Of a stretch of 64,000 nt of DNA, positions 63,029 to 64,000 are shown in pieces (the first letter of the stretch is position 1; the number at the start of each line of letters is the position of its first letter). The notes beneath the pieces were generated by a model that worked only from the letters and a program-made list of their open reading frames with translations, was not told the origin of the DNA and made no database searches. The translations under genes were made by a program, and so were the position numbers. Source of the stretch: Gemmatimonadaceae bacterium. Lineage in GTDB: Bacteria > Gemmatimonadota > Gemmatimonadetes > Gemmatimonadales > Gemmatimonadaceae. The stretch lies in the NCBI GenBank assembly GCA_051859245.1, contig JBHYGA010000001.1, positions 928,001 to 992,000 on the forward strand. Direction: 5' to 3'.

Positions 63029-63975
63029 TCGTATACCTCACGGTAGCGTCGCAGCACAACGCCGCTCACCATGTTCACCAGCAGCGTGACAAAAAAGAGT
63101 GTGAGACCGACAGCGAAAATCGTGCGATACTCCACAGTGCCGTGCGGCAACTCACCCATACTGGTCTGCGCAATGTAGGCCGTCATGGTTTGCACGCTGC
63201 GCAGCGGGTTCAATGTCATCTGCGGCGTGGCGCCAGCCGCGATGGTGACGATCATTGTTTCGCCGATCGCACGTGAGATGGCCAGAAGAAACGATGCGAT
63301 AATGCCGGACAGTGCGGCTGGCACCACGGTGCGCGTCGCCACTTCAAACCGCGTCGCACCCAGCGCGTACGCGCCCTCTCGAAGCGAACGAGGCACCGCG
63401 CTCATGGCGTCTTCCGAGAGCGACGACACGAGTGGCACAATCATGATGCCCATCACGATGCACGCGCTTGCAGCGTTAAAGATGTCGGCGTTCGGCCACA
63501 CCGTGCGCAGCAATGGCGTGACATAAAGCAACGCGAAGTATCCGTACACCACTGTGGGAATACCGGCCAACACTTCGAGCACGGGTTTGAGCACCCGTCG
63601 CACACCATCCTGCGCGTACTCGCTGAGATAAATGGCACTCGCCAGTCCGATCGGAAGCGCCACCAGCGCGGCACCGCTCGCCACGAGCAGTGAGCCCATG
63701 AGAAGCGGCAGTACACCAAAACTCTTGCTCTCAAAGAGCGGTGTCCAGCGTGTGCCCGTCAGAAACTCCCACACCGACACTTCAGCAAAAAAGCCGATCG
63801 ACTCGAACACCAGCACCGCGACAATTCCAACCGTGGTGAGAATCGAGACGGCGCTGGCACCAATCAGCAGCACGCCAATCCGACGTTCGTTCGAATGCCG
63901 ACGTTCCAGACCGATCTCGCCCCACGACCGCGCGTCATGCGCTGGCGTAGGCAACGGAGCGCGAGGCGCGGTCAC
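63025..63975 (-). CDS. pstC: Phosphate ABC transporter permease
   Basis: [30 protein letters not shown] and YREVYE. Confidence 0.95.
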   Translation of the reverse strand: MTAPRAPLPTPAHDARSWGEIGLERRHSNERRIGVLLIGASAVSILTTVGIVAVLVFESIGFFAEVSVWEFLTGTRWTPLFESKSFGVLPLLMGSLLVASGAALVALPIGLASAIYLSEYAQDGVRRVLKPVLEVLAGIPTVVYGYFALLYVTPLLRTVWPNADIFNAASACIVMGIMIVPLVSSLSEDAMSAVPRSLREGAYALGATRFEVATRTVVPAALSGIIASFLLAISRAIGETMIVTIAAGATPQMTLNPLRSVQTMTAYIAQTSMGELPHGTVEYRTIFAVGLTLFFVTLLVNMVSGVVLRRYREVYE

Positions 63976-64000
63976 GGCGCCGCCGAGACGGCGACCGCAG
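63972..64000 (-). CDS. C-terminal fragment of the upstream gene (probably pstS)
   Basis: TGA overlaps the pstC GTG (GTGA); only ...AVAVSAAP* is visible, so identity is inferred from operon order. Confidence 0.4.

Overview
GC-rich bacterial chromosomal window. The gene content (SusC/SusD pair, crtB-cruF-crtI, FHA-GAF-cyclase, GT9/Kdo-kinase pair) and general style suggest Gemmatimonadota, which is an inference. Most of the window is core or metabolic: glmM-glmS, dtd, metZ, maf, trpE, tig-clpP-clpX-lon-engB, a carotenoid operon, a split phenylacetate (paa) cluster, an sbtA-sbtB-carbonic anhydrase-nhaR module, SusC/D plus acylase, a form IV RubisCO-like protein next to tRNA-Leu(TAG), degP, dnaK and pstCAB-phoU. 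The most unusual element is a ~900-bp cassette (22464-23362) between clpP and clpX. It holds a four-helix-bundle (IVP/Avd-like) gene enclosed by two ~220-bp elements; each is a long hairpin and they are inverted copies of one another, with no transposase. Other notable signals: a four-segment ribosome-dependent attenuator upstream of a MATE pump; a perfect PpsR/CrtJ-type palindrome upstream of crtB; a probable CTG-initiated lon coupled to the clpX stop; a possible Phe -> phenylpyruvate -> phenylacetyl-CoA feeder route that bypasses PaaK; and many apparently leaderless genes. All calls come from reading motifs by eye; no database searches were run.
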